Shown piece by piece: positions 13,115 to 26,321 of a DNA stretch of 64,000 nucleotides. A program made the position numbers and the translations under genes. The notes beneath the pieces were generated by a model. It was not told the DNA's origin and did not search any database. It saw nothing but the letters and a program-made list of their open reading frames with translations. The number at the start of each line of letters is the position of its first letter. Position 1 is the first letter of the stretch. The stretch comes from Octopus bimaculoides (Eukaryota), in the NCBI RefSeq assembly GCF_001194135.2, contig NC_068984.1, positions 56,896,403 through 56,960,402 of the forward strand. Reading direction: 5' to 3'.

Positions 13115-13277
13115 ATGTTTGTGGTTTGAATCTTTGTTATTTTTAGGAATTTACATCTAGTTGTTATGTTTCAGATAGAAATCTTATAAATAGTAGAGCA
13201 ACACCTAAAATAAACTCAGTCTTGTATTTCAGTTTTTTTATTATGATTGATTATAATGTAATGAGTTATATGAAGAA

Positions 13278-13790
13278 GGTTTAATTACTGTCATTTACTT
13301 GCCATGACTTTGAGCTGAAACATTTCTTTCTAGCTTTTTCTCAAACCTTTTTATTCGTAGTTTTTGTTTTCTTTCTCACATAACCATCTCTATCTTTTCC
13401 TTTTCCATTTTTTCCCTTACTCATAAGTATGTCTCATCTTTATTTTCACTATCTACCTCTCTCTTTCTCTCTTACTACACCCACCTACTCTCCGGTTTAC
13501 CTTGTTTACCCTTCACTTTCTATTTTACCACCATCAACCCCTTGCATCATTTTCAATCCTCTCAAATATACTATCCTCTTCATTTTCCTATTCTTTTTTT
13601 ATGATCTTTATCTTTCCTTACTTTATCCTGTATCAAGTACAATTTCCTTCTGGTTCTGTCTCTTTCTTTTCTCTCCTTCACTTTCATATAACCCTGTGCC
13701 TCAGAATTTTTTCTTTCATTTTAAATCATATTCCATTCGTAGCAACAGTAATTACTTTGTGATCTTAGATTATGCTTCATTTCAAAGATA
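13278..13790 (-). mobile_element. Purine-rich LINE 3' UTR-like fragment related to 15025-15230
   Basis: Shares the terminus GGTTTAATTACTGTCATTTA..GAAACATTTCT with 15025 and is followed by a long polypyrimidine tract on +. Confidence 0.4.
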
Positions 13791-14064
13791 AATCTTACAT
13801 ACAGTCAGAGCTATTTCTCATATCAGTATCTTTTTGCAGTTACAAACATTGAATATTGCATCACTAAGTTTGTTTTAGAGTATCATAATGCAGTATGTCG
13901 TTATCATTGTCATCACCACTGCCATCAAAAGTCATTTCATAGTCCATGAAATAAATATCTAAATATATATGTCTCTGTTTATCATCATCAATAACTGAGA
14001 TTACAATGAATTTTATTGTAACTATTATTCAGAATGAAGAAGCTGTATTGACAGAAATATTCCT

Positions 14065-14830
14065 TCACAATTTCTATGCAAATCTGGCCAAGGTGATTTC
14101 ACTTTCATCTTTCTGGGTGTTGATAAAATAAGTATCAGCTAACTAAGTACTGAACTTTATATAATCTAATCAACTGTTCCTCTTCCTGAAAATGTGTGGC
14201 CTTATTTGTATGTTAGGGGCAATTATTATTATGGTGGTAAATTGGCAGAAGTGTTAAAGTATTGGACAAAATGCCTTGCAAGTATTTGTTCCTGCTCTTT
14301 ATATTTTGACTTCAAATCTTGTCTTGAGCAATTTTTCCTTTCATCCTTTTAGAGTCAATAAAATAATTTCTGGCCCTGTAACTAAGCTAGAAACAATTAT
14401 TATTACTATCCTTTGAAGAATTAGCTCAAATGGTAGAGCACTTGCTTTGCAGGTGAGAGGTAATGTGATCGATATCTGAACTTTCTAAAGTTTAATTACT
14501 GTTTGGCCTTGTGTCCTAATTACAAATTTACTGCTGCTGCTGCTATTATTATTATTATAACTGTGAGATGGCAAAACTTTTAAGCACACTGCATATGTGC
14601 TTAGCAGTATTTGCCCAGCACTATGTTCTGAGTGCAAATTCCACCAAGGTCAACTTTGCCTTTCATCCTACTGGGGTTGATGTTATCGACATAACCCTTC
14701 CCCCGAACTTGCTGGCTTTGTGCCAAAATTTGAAATCATTATTATTATTATTGAGCACTATGCTATGGTTGATGTAATCGATTATCCCCCTCCTCCAAAT
14801 TTCAAGCCTGGTGCTAGTGACTATAGCAGA
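14065..14830 (+). mobile_element. Cluster of about four degenerate head-to-tail family A SINE copies
   Basis: Repeated CTTTCATC..GGGGT.GATAAAATAAGTA core at about 14100, 14340, 14660 and a tail piece at about 14760, separated by (ATT)n. Confidence 0.65.
14415..14487 (+). pseudogene. tRNA-Ala(TGC)-like pseudogene
   Basis: GAAGAATTAGCTCAAATGGTAGAGCACTTGCTTTGCAGGTGAGAGGTAATGTGATCGATATCTGAACTTTCTA (73 nt) is collinear with the metazoan tRNA-Ala consensus GGGGAATTAGCTCAAATGGTAGAGCGCTCGCTTAGCATGCGAGAGGTAGCGGGATCGATGCCCGCATTCTCCA. The D arm is intact; the acceptor and T stems are broken. Confidence 0.8.
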
Positions 14831-14837
14831 AAGGATT

Positions 14838-14856
14838 ATCATCATCATCATCATCA

Positions 14857-14901
<45 letters not shown>
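14838..14901. repeat. Compound (CAT)n(TAT)n microsatellite
   Basis: Seen directly. Confidence 0.95.
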
Positions 14902-14903
<2 letters not shown>

Positions 14904-15024
14904 ATTAGTATTTTGAGAAAATGGAAGGCCAAATTGGTTAGGTACTGAACAAGTAGCCAATGGGCCACCGATGCATATACCCTGTCATTTTGTGTTGTGT
15001 CATGTCTGTAACTAAAATATATAT

Positions 15025-15700
15025 GGTTTAATTACTGTCATTTATATGGCATAACTTCTAGCAGAAACATTTCTATTTTTTCCTGCCTCTGCCAGTTTAT
15101 TCTTAATCTGCTTCATTCATTTTTCTTTTCTTTTCAAACATACCTATCTGTATCTACCTTCCTCCCCCCCTCTCTCCTTCCTATCATGGGCATTCTTTCC
15201 CTTTATTTTCTTGTCTTCAGTCCTGAGTCCAACTGAATATAAGTAGGAACTGGTTTTTCTTGTGTTTCTTTTTACCAATGCCCTCTTTTTCTCAGCTGGT
15301 TATAGAAGTCATATCCATTGTGGTATTTTTGATGATCACGATCAGATGCATAAACAGTCCATAAAGAAATGTCACTATTAAAACTTTTCAATATTCACAT
15401 TGGTTCTTTTATTGCTGTCTTAGAGATTTTAATGGACCTGTTCCTTCTTGCAATTCTCTGTACAGAAGAATATTTAGCAGTTGATCCAACATTATTTTAA
15501 GTGTAGCCAACTCATTACTGCTGGTGAGTCTAGTCTGACCAAGAATTTTGTTATCCATAACATGGTTTGTCAACATAATACAGAAGATGGTTTGTATCTT
15601 TGTCTGATGGAAGTATTTCAGACTTTCTTTTTAATGATAATCTCTGATACTGTGTTCTGATACTAAATCCTGACTGGATACAATATCAATATATAACTTA
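15025..15700 (-). mobile_element. Highly degenerate CR1-like LINE 3' fragment
   Basis: Frameshifted remnants (KYSS..VQRIARR; SLWTVYASDRDHQKYHNG) weakly resemble the CR1 C-terminus (LEYxS..VQRRATK; SLExRRLRxDLIxxxKIxxG), followed by a purine-rich UTR. Confidence 0.3.
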
Positions 15701-16960
15701 ACTTTGAAATCCATTGTGTGTATTTCACTCTTTATTGATATATTATATATAATATACAATACATAATATTACATATCTTAATTCACCTAACTGGAAAGTT
15801 GAGTGAAATAGACTTGTCCTGTCTGACAAGAGATTTGTCTTATCTACTTAACGTTAAACATTTATAAGCCTGTTTGTGAATTAGGAAATATTTACTATGA
15901 GAAAGTGCAGTGCATTTTTGCTAGTGGTGGTAAATGTAAAATTGATAAGTGATTTATTAGCTTGTAATGCTGAGCTGAAATCCTCCTAAATGCTTAGAGA
16001 AAGCAACAGAGAGAAAGTCCAGAATATTCTTTCTAAGAAAATCTCGTTGATGTTTCATTGGCAGAACTGCTAGGAACTGGTGTTAACTAGATAGTAAATG
16101 ATATGCCATACCGCATTACTGTTAGACTTTAAATACTGGTACTAGGAGTTATTTATTACCAAGATAAAACTTAAGAAAATGATAACATTTCATTAGACAA
16201 CTTCCTTTCTTACACATAGAGAGCTACAAGTACATATATATGTTTGCACATTTAGACAGCATCGTAACTATACTAATATTTATATTCATTAAAGTATATC
16301 ATGCCAGATGTAGGTGGAACTGAAGTAAAACAAATCTAATTTTCACTTGATTCATTTTATCTGCCTACGACATGATCCGAAAATTGATAAGATTTTATTC
16401 ATTGAGAAAAAAGCCCACAACTGATATTCAACTATGCAATTTGCTAAATACATAGATGGGACTAAAATCCTGTATAATTAGTGACATTCTGAAAGACTGG
16501 AGGATATTGAAAGCAAAGAGATGACCTTTTCAAGTTTGTTTACTTTATATTGTAGCAGTTAGAAACTTGAAGCAGTGTTGTAAATCTGAATAGATAGCAT
16601 CAAAATAAAATGGAGAAGTCCTTTTCACCACATTACTGAGCATTTTGATGCCATTTGGTAAATGAAATTTATAATAACTAGGTTAACTGTTTCATAAGCA
16701 TATTTCTACTGAAATACTGTATGAAAATATATCATGGATTTAGAAATTTTTTGCAAATTAACTGACGTCTTCATTATTAAACTTCATTATTTGAAACGTG
16801 AAATTTTTTTACAGAAAATAAAAGAATAAAAAGTCAAATATGAAGACTTTAAAATGAGATGATTTGTATCATGGAATTAAAGATGGTCTTCAGTGGGCTG
16901 GCATTATAAGTATTGATAGTAGAAGTTACATCCATTTTATAGCTACTTTTTATGGTGCAA

Positions 16961-17276
16961 GTGAAGGCACATAGCTCTGTGGTTAGAGAATTCAGCTCAC
17001 AATCGTAAAGTTGTGAGTTCAGTTCCTGTTAGTTTGTTGTGTCCTTGAGCAAGACACTTGCTCCAGTCTACTCAACTGGCAAAAATGAGTTGTACCTGTA
17101 TTTCAAAAGGCCAGCCTTGTCACATTCTGTCACACTGAATCTTCCTGAAAACTATGTTAAAGGTATGCATGTCTGTGGAGAACTATGTTAAAGGTATGCA
17201 TGTTTATTTCATAAGCAGGCTGTTCCATTGATTGGATCAACTGGAATCCTTTTCATTGTAACCAACAGAGTGCTAG
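16961..17276 (+). mobile_element. SINE family D copy (tRNA-like head, GTCCTTGAGCAAGACAC core)
   Basis: Collinear with 20310-20630; carries an internal ~31-bp duplication (GAACTATGTTAAAGGTATGCATGT-like unit twice). Confidence 0.8.
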
Positions 17277-17789
17277 TTTAAAAAAAAAAAAATTTTCATG
17301 GGAGATATTTGTGTAAGAAAATAAACCTTAAATGCTTAAGGTTGGCTGTTTTGTTGAATCTTAATTTAGTTATTAAATCAAATACTATTGTTTATATTAA
17401 TGCTAATTCATAGCAAACTTGAATTTAGTCTCTCCTTTTTTACTACCCCCCCCCCCCCCATTAGAGAATAACACTTTACTTACATAATAACTAATTAGAT
17501 CACAATCAAGATGTAATAGTTATACTCCAGTTGCTGAATTTCTGTACTCTCATTACATTATGTTATAGAGAACAAGGTGGTAAGTAACCAGCATTAAAAC
17601 AAATTTTAAGCAACCACTTGGTATGACGTGAGTTACATAAGTAAAATGTAATGAATTAAAATGTGATGCAGCTGCCCTAAGAACCAGAAAATGATTAATA
17701 TAAAATTTTGAAGAAGAATTAACATTGTATTTTAACTTGGAAAAGGAGCTACTAGAGTAGAAACACTTCTTAGAAGAGGGGACAAAGCT

Positions 17790-18060
17790 GTGAAATAAAA
17801 AGACTTTTCAGGAAGATGAGTCACTTGATTAGTAACCTTAACAGGCTCAACAGAAGAGAGTTTGGCAGAATATTGACCATGGAAATAGTCAAAGAAAAGA
17901 AATAAAAGAACAACATCAACAATGATGTGAGAAGGGGTTGAAGTTTAATTAGCAAAAGTGGGTCAATAACTTGAGAAACAATTTGCTTTTCAATTAGATC
18001 AAGGAGAGAAAGAAAACCAGTTGAGTAAAACCAGCCCAGATGTGACAATGCTTCCAAATG
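17790..18060 (-). mobile_element. CR1/L2-group LINE C-terminal fragment
   Basis: SHLGWFYSTGFLSLLDLIEKQIVSQVIDPLLLIKLQPL resembles the SHIWGG..LSLLDRVQKRAxRLIxDPxLTxxLQPLSHRR motif of CR1/L2-group LINEs. Confidence 0.6.
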
Positions 18061-18686
18061 TATTCTTTATCTTTATAAATCTCTTAAGAGCAAATAAGAG
18101 ATTTATATAGATTAAGAATGCTCTTGATAGAAAGATATCAAGCTCAATATAGAGAACCAACCATTAAAAAAAGTTAAGCTTATATAACTAACATATATTT
18201 CAGTATGGGGCTGGAGTTCATTTTGTTTTTATTATCAGTCACAGCATTTTATTTATTAATATTTTGGTGGAAAAGACCTGTGCAAAAAAATAGAAAATAA
18301 ATAAAAGTTGGGAGGTACCCAGGATATATATTCTGGTTGTGTTAGATAAACACTGCATGTCCACCGAAGTTGGTAAAGTTTTCTTTATTATAATTCAGTT
18401 CTTGTAGCATCAAGATATAATCTGATACTTTGTGTTTATTTTTGAGTGAGCTTATGCTAAAGTTTGTATACTCAGCAAGGTAGCTGATGGCAACCACCAT
18501 ATGCCACAGGTTGGACTAGATGCTAACGAAATTCTTAAGTCTTTTGAATCTATTTACTCTTGATTTAACTTTACCTTTCATTCCACTTCATTTCATAAAA
18601 TATTTAATAGTAATATACTGAAGTTTGCTTCAGTAGGCAATGTATAACTTCTTATAAAAAATTACTATTACTATTATTTATTATTT

Positions 18687-19140
18687 AAGGTGGCAAGCTG
18701 GCAGAATCATGAGCACCCTGAGAAAAACGCTTAGTGGTATTCCATCCACTTTATATTCTGAGTTCAAAGATTGATTTTGCCTTTCATCCTTTTGGCCGCA
18801 ACAAATTAAGTACTAGTGAAACATTGGGGTCTGTTGTAATCGACTTACTCCTGAAAATTTCAGGCCTTGTGCCTTTAGTAGAAAGGCTTATTGTAATAAT
18901 TATTGTTGTTGCTGTTATTAAGGTGGTGAGTTGACAAAATCATTAGCAAGTTGGGCAAAATGCTTAGTGGTGTTTATTCCAGTTCTTTACATTCTGAGTT
19001 TAATCCTACCAAAATCACCTTTGCCTTTCATCCTTTCAGGGTGAGTAAAATAAGTACCAGTTGAGCACTGGGGTTGATGTAATCAGCTGGCCCCCACTCC
19101 CAGAACTTCAATCTGTGTGGTTATAATAGAAAGAATTATT
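18687..19140 (+). mobile_element. Two head-to-tail family A SINEs (starting 18687 and 18920)
   Basis: Both start AAGGTGG..AG.TG.CA.AATCAT and carry the family A core; they are joined by an (ATT/GTT)n linker. Confidence 0.8.
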
Positions 19141-19262
19141 TAGACAAGCCACAGAAATCATTATAACTGATAACATGTCTAAGTAAATCTAATGGGTAAA
19201 GAGTGCAAAATATGAAATTTATCTTGCATTTCCCACGCTTTGTAAATCTGTTGATATATATA

Positions 19263-19293
<31 letters not shown>

Positions 19294-19974
19294 AGGATAG
19301 TAGAAATTATGATAACAATACTTTACCCCTACAAATCCCTAGTGCTATAAGGGAAAGCATCTAAGAATAATACTGAATGCTGAAACTAAAATTAGTTAGT
19401 AGTAGATGTAGTAGAGTTCTTCAAATATTTTGAATGTGTATTTCCAGTTTTGTGCTTAAAAAAATATTCTGTATTCATGATATTGAACATGATACTTAAT
19501 AGCAACAAGCAACATAATAGCAGCTGCAGACAGCAACTACAAATGTCCACAAAAAAATAGGAGGAAGGGGGGGGGGAAAAGAAGGAAATGAAAATAAAAC
19601 AAAACTGCTGACAGTTATAACAGTCTGAAAATGATATTTCAACATTTAAGGGTCTGCTCAGTTGGCAGATTGTTGTTTATTTTATTCTTATTCTTTTTTT
19701 TCCTTTTTATATCCTCCTACCACCACTACTCTTTCTGTGGGTATAGTGATGCTCTGGATACTTAACTCATTACATCATTAACAAAGGGAAGCAATTGTAG
19801 TGAGGGAGGATAAACTCTTTTCAGCATCTCTCCCTTTATTGTTGTTGTTCTAAACATTTTAATAATTCTTTACTACTTTTTAGCTTTCATATATTTAAAA
19901 AAAATTCATTAATTTCATTAAAATAATATTACAAAGGCGTTGTTTTGTGTGCCTGTGTGGGTTAGAAAATTTTT

Positions 19975-20165
19975 GCTAACTTTTGTTGTTTAGTCCCAGG
20001 TCAGTTCTGCCAGCAGACCTATGATCAAAAACATTCAAACCATGACCATCCCATCTTTTCTACTTAAGTGCATGGAATCCAAGACCACATTATCTAATAT
20101 GTCCTTTTGGAAGATTATAGATTATGATTGGAAAGAATTTGGTTACTGTTTCTAGCAGGACAATA
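19975..20165 (+). mobile_element. Repeat family C copy (TTGTTTAG.CCCAGGTCAG..CTG..CAGCAGACCTATGATCAAA head)
   Basis: The same head/tail recurs at about 555-720(-), 10860-10960(-), 23690-23900(-), 29195-29320(-), 35175-35260(+), 36580-36770(+), 40290-40460(-), 48050-48225(-), 48478-48660(+) and 61395-61575(-). Confidence 0.7.
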
Positions 20166-20309
20166 TGGAATTTTCCTTGTTGGGGCTCAAGTATCCTTGT
20201 TTTCCAGTTGTGATGAATTGCTACAAATCCAATTCAATGTTTATTTATTTTTAACTTCTTGAGTGGGTAGGTTTGGTCTTGATTTTTTTAGAATTTATGT
20301 ATTTCTAAT

Positions 20310-20630
20310 GTGAAGGCACATGATTTAGTGGTTAGGGGTATTTGGCTCACGATTGTAAGGTGGAGTGTTTGATTCCCTGTGTCATGTTGTGTTCTTGAGC
20401 AAGACATTTTATTTCATGTCGCTCCAGTCTACTTACCTGCCAAAATGAGTTGTACCAGTAATTGAAAGGGCCAGCCTTGTCACATTCTGTGTCACACTGA
20501 ATCTCCCCGAGAACTATGTTATGGGTATGTGCATCTGTGGAGTGCCAAGTCACTTGTATGTTAATTTCATGATTTGGCTGTGCTGTTGATCACATCAACT
20601 GGAACACTCATCATCATAAACGACAGAGTT
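20310..20630 (+). mobile_element. SINE family D copy
   Basis: GTGAAGGCACATG..TTAGTGGTTAG head, GTTCTTGAGCAAGACA core, GGGCCAGCCTTGTCAC body. Confidence 0.8.
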
Positions 20631-21255
20631 ATGTATTTCTAACTATATTGGTATAATGTGTACAGTTTTAAAATTATTTAGTGTACTTGATTCATACATA
20701 TCTCTGTGTATGTATGTGTGTGTAATATCAGCTTTGTCCATCTAAGCTCATTTTATTTAGAGATTTATAAAACTTAAAAAATCTTTCCTCTACTTAAATC
20801 TTTATTAAAAGTTTCATAAATTTTCAAGTTAACATTCATCTGAAAAAAAAAAAAAAAGCCTAAAGAAATGGAAATAAAAAAATCCCATTTATTTATTTAT
20901 TTATTTATTTGTCTTTTATAAAATGTGATGTAAAAGTAAACAAAAATGAATAGGCTGATGCAATTTTGAAGAGAAGAAAAGAGTTAGTTGTATGCTGTCA
21001 ACTTAATGTGACAGTCCCCTGAAGGGAATAATACTACTGTTGGTTAGACCTAGGAAGTTGCACCGCTTCCTGTCGGCCTAAATAAAAGAAAAGAGTTGTC
21101 CTGAAAAAAAAACTACACCAGTTGTTGAATGAATAACTATTTTTGTTTAGTTGATTATATTTCATTTATTTATTCATTTATTGTTTTTATATTTGTGTTA
21201 CTTACAACTGTTGATATATTTGGAGTTCTTTTTGTCCTTCACTGACCCCCCCCCC

Positions 21256-21265
21256 NNNNNNNNNN
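21256..21265. other. Assembly gap (10 N)
   Basis: Run of N next to a poly-C tract. Confidence 0.98.
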
Positions 21266-21796
21266 CCCATTCTGATCAAATACATGTCTTGTTAGTCACC
21301 TTCTATCTATTTCTCAATACATCTGGTTATTAATATGTTTTATTTCTCTTCTTTCCTTCTCCTTTCATTTTGAGAAAGTCTTTAAAATTCAACCTATGCT
21401 CTTTCATATTCAACCATCATATATACCATTCTTCTTCTTACTATTACATTCTCTTTTTTCATTTATTTCGTTTTATCTTCATCATCATTATGATTTCTTT
21501 TTTACCAAATTTTGTTTGGTGTTAACTATTTACAAAAATTAAATAATCTACAGGCATGCAGGTGTACATTGTCATTGGTTAGAATGTCTATATATAGCAT
21601 AAACACACCTACCCTTATGTACATACTCTATATATACTGGCATGTGAATGAATTTATTGATTATTTTGGACATTGTAAAATGTAATCATGTTTCAGAATT
21701 TGCAAATTTAGACCTGTGTTTGTGTGTATATGTGTGATATAGACTTGAGTTCAATATTCTAACATTATCTTACCTATCATTACTAATGTCTAACAT

Positions 21797-22200
21797 AGGC
21801 GCAGGAGTGGCTGTGTGGTAAGTAGCTTACTTACTAACCACATGGTTCCGGGTTCAGTCCCACTGCGTGGCATCTGGAGCAAGTGTCTTCTACTATAGCC
21901 TCGGGCCTTGTGAGTGGATTTGGTGGACAGAAACTGAAAGAAGCCCGTCGTATATATGTATATATATATATATATATATATAGATATATATATGTGTGTG
22001 TGTGTGTGTTTGTGTGTGTGTGTTTGTCTCCCTAGCATTGCTTGACAACCGATGCCGGTGTGCTTATGTCCCTGTCACTTATCTGTTTGGCAAAAGAGAC
22101 CGATAGAATAAGTACTAGGCTTACAAAGAATAAGTCCTGGGGTTGATTTGCTCGACTAAAGGCGGTGCTCCAGCATGGCCACAGTCAAATGACTGAAACA
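21797..22200 (+). mobile_element. SINE family B, young copy
   Basis: AGGCGCAGGAGTGGCTGTGTGGTAAG (A-box-like), GGTTCAGTCCC (B-box-like), internal (TA)n(TG)n, tail ...GGCGGTGCTCCAGCATGGCCACAGTCAAATGACTGAAACA; retains CpGs. Confidence 0.9.
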
Positions 22201-22249
22201 TCTCGATTTCATGAACAGATTTAGCATTAAACTCTACCCCACCCTCCAC

Positions 22250-22345
22250 CACCACCATCATCATCATTATCTAACATGTTTTCCATGCTGACAAAGGTTG
22301 GAATGTTTGACAGGAGTTGGCCTGCCAGGGAGATGTCCAGACGCC
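22250..22345 (-). mobile_element. RTE-type 3' tail fragment
   Basis: CATCATCATTATCTAACATGTTTTCCATGCTG..GGTTGGA matches the tail at 3668. Confidence 0.55.
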
Positions 22346-25300
22346 AAATAAATATAGTTAGATTATAAATGATTCAAGATTAACTTGATGATGATGAAAA
22401 ATGGTGATGGTGGCAGTTGATCATGTGATCAAACCAAGGAAATTATGTTTCCATTGGTTTTTCAAATTATTGATACTATCTGTTGGTCACAGCTCCTAAC
22501 AGAAGTGTAACTGCTTAATGATCACAGGGCAGGATTTTAACTCAGAATGCAAAGAGTTGAAATAAATACTACAAGGCACCCCATCTGTGCTCAAAAATTC
22601 TACCAATCCACTGCCTGGGACTAATACATTTTTTTTTAATCAACCCCCAAAAGAACTGAAAGAATGAAAGGCAAAGTTGACATCAGGATTTGAATTAAGA
22701 GAGCAGATAGTAGGAATAAACAGATAGTGTGAACTCTATCAGTTTACCACCTGATAAGAAATAGCTAAGACTTATTAAATTTAAACAGTATATAGGTTCA
22801 ATTTTAGCATTCAAATTTCAGTGTAGTAGATAAAACATTTGGCTCTAATTTGAAAGGAAGCAAAACAGCATCACTTTTAGCAGACAAACAAAAGATAGAC
22901 AAATATGTAGTAATATGTATCGATGTACCATTTTCATATATCTGGTTGTTTGCCATAAATGTATAGTTAGAGAGAGATATAAAAACATGCTCACTCCCCC
23001 CTACACACACTCTCTGTCTCTCTCTCTGTCTCACTGATTAGTTACAGTTAGAAACTATTTTACAGTGTTTTGTATAATTTTTAACTATTAAAAAATATGT
23101 AAGTGCTCTAATTTTGGATTATCTAATTTAAATAATTCTAATATTAAATTAGAATTATATTGTCCAGATAAAATCTGTTATTTGCCATCTATGACAGTTT
23201 TCCATTGTTAATCTATTTTACTGACTGGTTTTTCACCTTAGATGAGTGAAACATACCAAAACAAGGGTAAAAAAAAAAAAACAACAAAAGATAGAAAGAA
23301 TCTTGCTTTGGAATTAATAATGTCAATTAACATATCAATAATTTTATTGATTCAGTTTTGCTTAACTTGTCTCCTGTGACAGTTTACATGTTCTTAGCTG
23401 ACTAGGAAATTATTTTCTTATTGAGAATATCTGAAGAATTAATAAAACATTTGATTCCCAGTAAAATGGTTGGTGAAATAGTCTGTTATTAAAGTATTGT
23501 TTGTTATATGCTCTAATAAGTTGATATTCATGCTGTTAATTAAAGCAACAAACACACTGTCTTTGATATTTTCAATATATGTTCTCCCTACACCACATAC
23601 GATACCTATGAGTCAATATGGGATTCTCTGTTACCTTGGAAAAGTGTATATTAGATAATCTGGTCCAGAGTTTCCTGCATAGAGGTAAAAAAAACAATGC
23701 AGATACAACTGGAATGCTTTTGATCATAGTTCTGCTCAAGTAGGGCTGACCTGGGGTTAAACAATGACTAATATACGTAGATAGAAGAGCCACTGAAGGA
23801 GTCTGTATATGGTCATTTATCCTGCTAAAAATAACAGCTAAATCTCTCTCAAATCACACTTTATCACCTTAAATAAAGAAGGATGCATTGAACAATGATA
23901 TAGCTGCTCATTTTCAAAAGCAGCAACAGCATACATATGCAGCTGTACAAAAGGTATATAGACAAAAAATATTGAATATTCTTTCATAAAAGGAGGCACC
24001 TTAAACAAATGAAAGAAAACTAAAAAAAAAAAAAGAAAGAAAAGAGGTGCAATTATGGGGCAAAGTTTAGTATCTAAAAGTTCTCAGTTCAAATTCAGCT
24101 GGGCCAACTTTGCTTTATATCTTTTACAAATTGATTAAAAAAAAAAAAATATTGAACTAGTATACTGGGGTTGATTTAATTAATTGTTTTTACAATGTAG
24201 TTTCTTTCTGCACTTATTGGGACATAATGAAGAAGCTACAAAAGCAGAACTTAAATCAAATTTGATAAACATTCAATTGTACCTTGTTAACTTGTTAATT
24301 AGTTTCATTTACTCTGCTTTTAATTAGATATTTTTAAATGATTATGATTGAAATTTTCAAAGCAGAATTATAATTTGATATTTAATTTGATATTTAAATT
24401 TCATTTTTTTTTTTATGTGCATGTGATAAATCTTATTTTTTAACCAATTAATTTTTCAAATTATAAAGTGCAGATAATATAATTCTTATGTATGAGAAAA
24501 GTTTTTCCTCTTTGCCTTCAAGTATTGATACACTCTCAACGAGGGTTTCTAATCAAACATATAACTCTTTCTGGACAACCTCCAATCATAGAAGCATGGG
24601 AATAAACCATTTTTGCTAAATGGAGCCAAATAACATCAATGGTAATTTTGCAAATTGTAAAGGAGCCAAGACGTTTCTATACAATAACAACAACATAATT
24701 AATGGTTAGCAAAATCATTGGTACCTTTAAGCAGCTGGGAAGTGACAAACTCCATCTCCCTTTTCACATGGCAAAAGACCAGAGAAAAGTTTTGAAGTGA
24801 CTTTCTATATTCATTTTATAGATCCTGCAAAGAGAGCACATAGCTAATATGATAGATATGACACCAACTTTTGAAAGCAGGAAACTTGCATTTCCTCAAT
24901 TTACCAACTGATCTAATCTTGTCAAAATCAATAGTAATAATATTATTCTAAGTGTGTATCTTTACTGCTGAGATATTTGTTTCTTTTTTATCTGATTCCT
25001 GTTAGCTTCAAATAAAACCACATGATATGCAATTTCTTATTTTTCTGTTATATTTTTGCTTTTATCTATCAGGGTTAAGTAGTTCATAGGACTAAAATAC
25101 CTATAACATTCTGCATTTGAAATAGTTTAATTTTTTAAGGCAGATCTTCTCAAATTAAGTTTTGTGAAAAAAATTTGGTGTTTCACAAATTTTAGGGACC
25201 TTTTAATAAAATTTAAGGAAAAAAATTATTTTATATTGCAAATGTTACTTACCATTCTTAAAATAATGAATTATTTTTCAATATGAATAAATTCTTTCTC

Positions 25301-25561
25301 TAAAACAATTTTTGTTTCATTTAATGTCATTAAATTAGAGTGGCAGGTTTTGTATAAAATATAGGTCTGGATTTCATGATTTTTAGAAAATCATATCATG
25401 GGTTGTGCCCAAAACAAGCTTGTGAACTCTTGCTCTAAGGTAAAATAGCATAACTGGAGCTCTAAACATTTTATTCATTCTACATGATAACTAACAAGTA
25501 AAATTAATCAATCATTTTAAAACCAAGAAAATTCTAAGAACGCAATATCTTGCTGATATTT

Positions 25562-25688
25562 TAGTGTTAGGAAGGGCATCCAGCCATAGAAACCACATCA
25601 GAGCTGACATAGGAGCTTGATGCTGCCTTGCAACTTTCCGCATCCTACCCAGGCCAGCATGAGAAATGGATGTTAAATGATGATGATA
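25562..25688 (+). mobile_element. RTE-type 3' tail fragment
   Basis: GTTAGGAAGGGCATCCAGCCATAGAAACC...CCAGCATGAGAAATGGATGTTAAATGATGATGAT. Confidence 0.7.
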
Positions 25689-26321
25689 CTATTCCTTTCT
25701 TCATCCTTGTAACATGATGGTTAATGTTACTTTTCATCTCTCTAAGGTTGATAAACTAAGTACCAGGGTAGGTATAATCAACTGTTTCCTATCTCAAAAT
25801 TTGTAATAAATCAATACGTTGAAATATCTGATAGTAATTAAGAATAATTTCAGGAAATAAGAAATATATATATATATATATATATATTTTCCCCCTTTTT
25901 ACTGGATTTAAAACCATCTGCTCTTACTCACAAACTTCTCTGAATACTCATTAAGTTTCATTAAGAAAACCTAAATCGTTATCATAGTCCATTAAAATCA
26001 TCTTTCAGTTAAAGCAGTATTCCTGGCTAGCCACTCATCATTAACATATTTTATACACATATTATATATCAAACAGTGACTGGCTAATATAATTTATTTT
26101 TTAAATAGACAATGTGGTGATAATGAGAAGGTAGAACCATAATTTTAGCATTTCTATCATGTTCTGAACCCAGAGAAAAAACTGAATTCAGCATTGCAAT
26201 TTTATAACGTTTCTGCTGCTGACTACAGCTGTCAGCTATTCCACTTAATGTAATATATCTTGTAGATAGGCTCGCTAATATGGCTCTGGCGGAGTTTGTG
26301 TATGTTTGGTTGGTCTTCCAG

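Noticed and set aside
13429-13791. 120-aa and 86-aa hydrophobic ORFs as membrane proteins
   Set aside because: Translation of a polypyrimidine tract.
14033-14092. Apparent 60-nt exon NEEAVLTEIFLHNFYANLAK
   Set aside because: Its 3' end and donor lie within a degenerate family A SINE core.
24725-24824. Minus 100-nt segment with a good acceptor and donor
   Set aside because: All three frames contain stops (best frame DL*NEYRKSLQNF...). Rescue by editing or a poison-exon role has no evidence.
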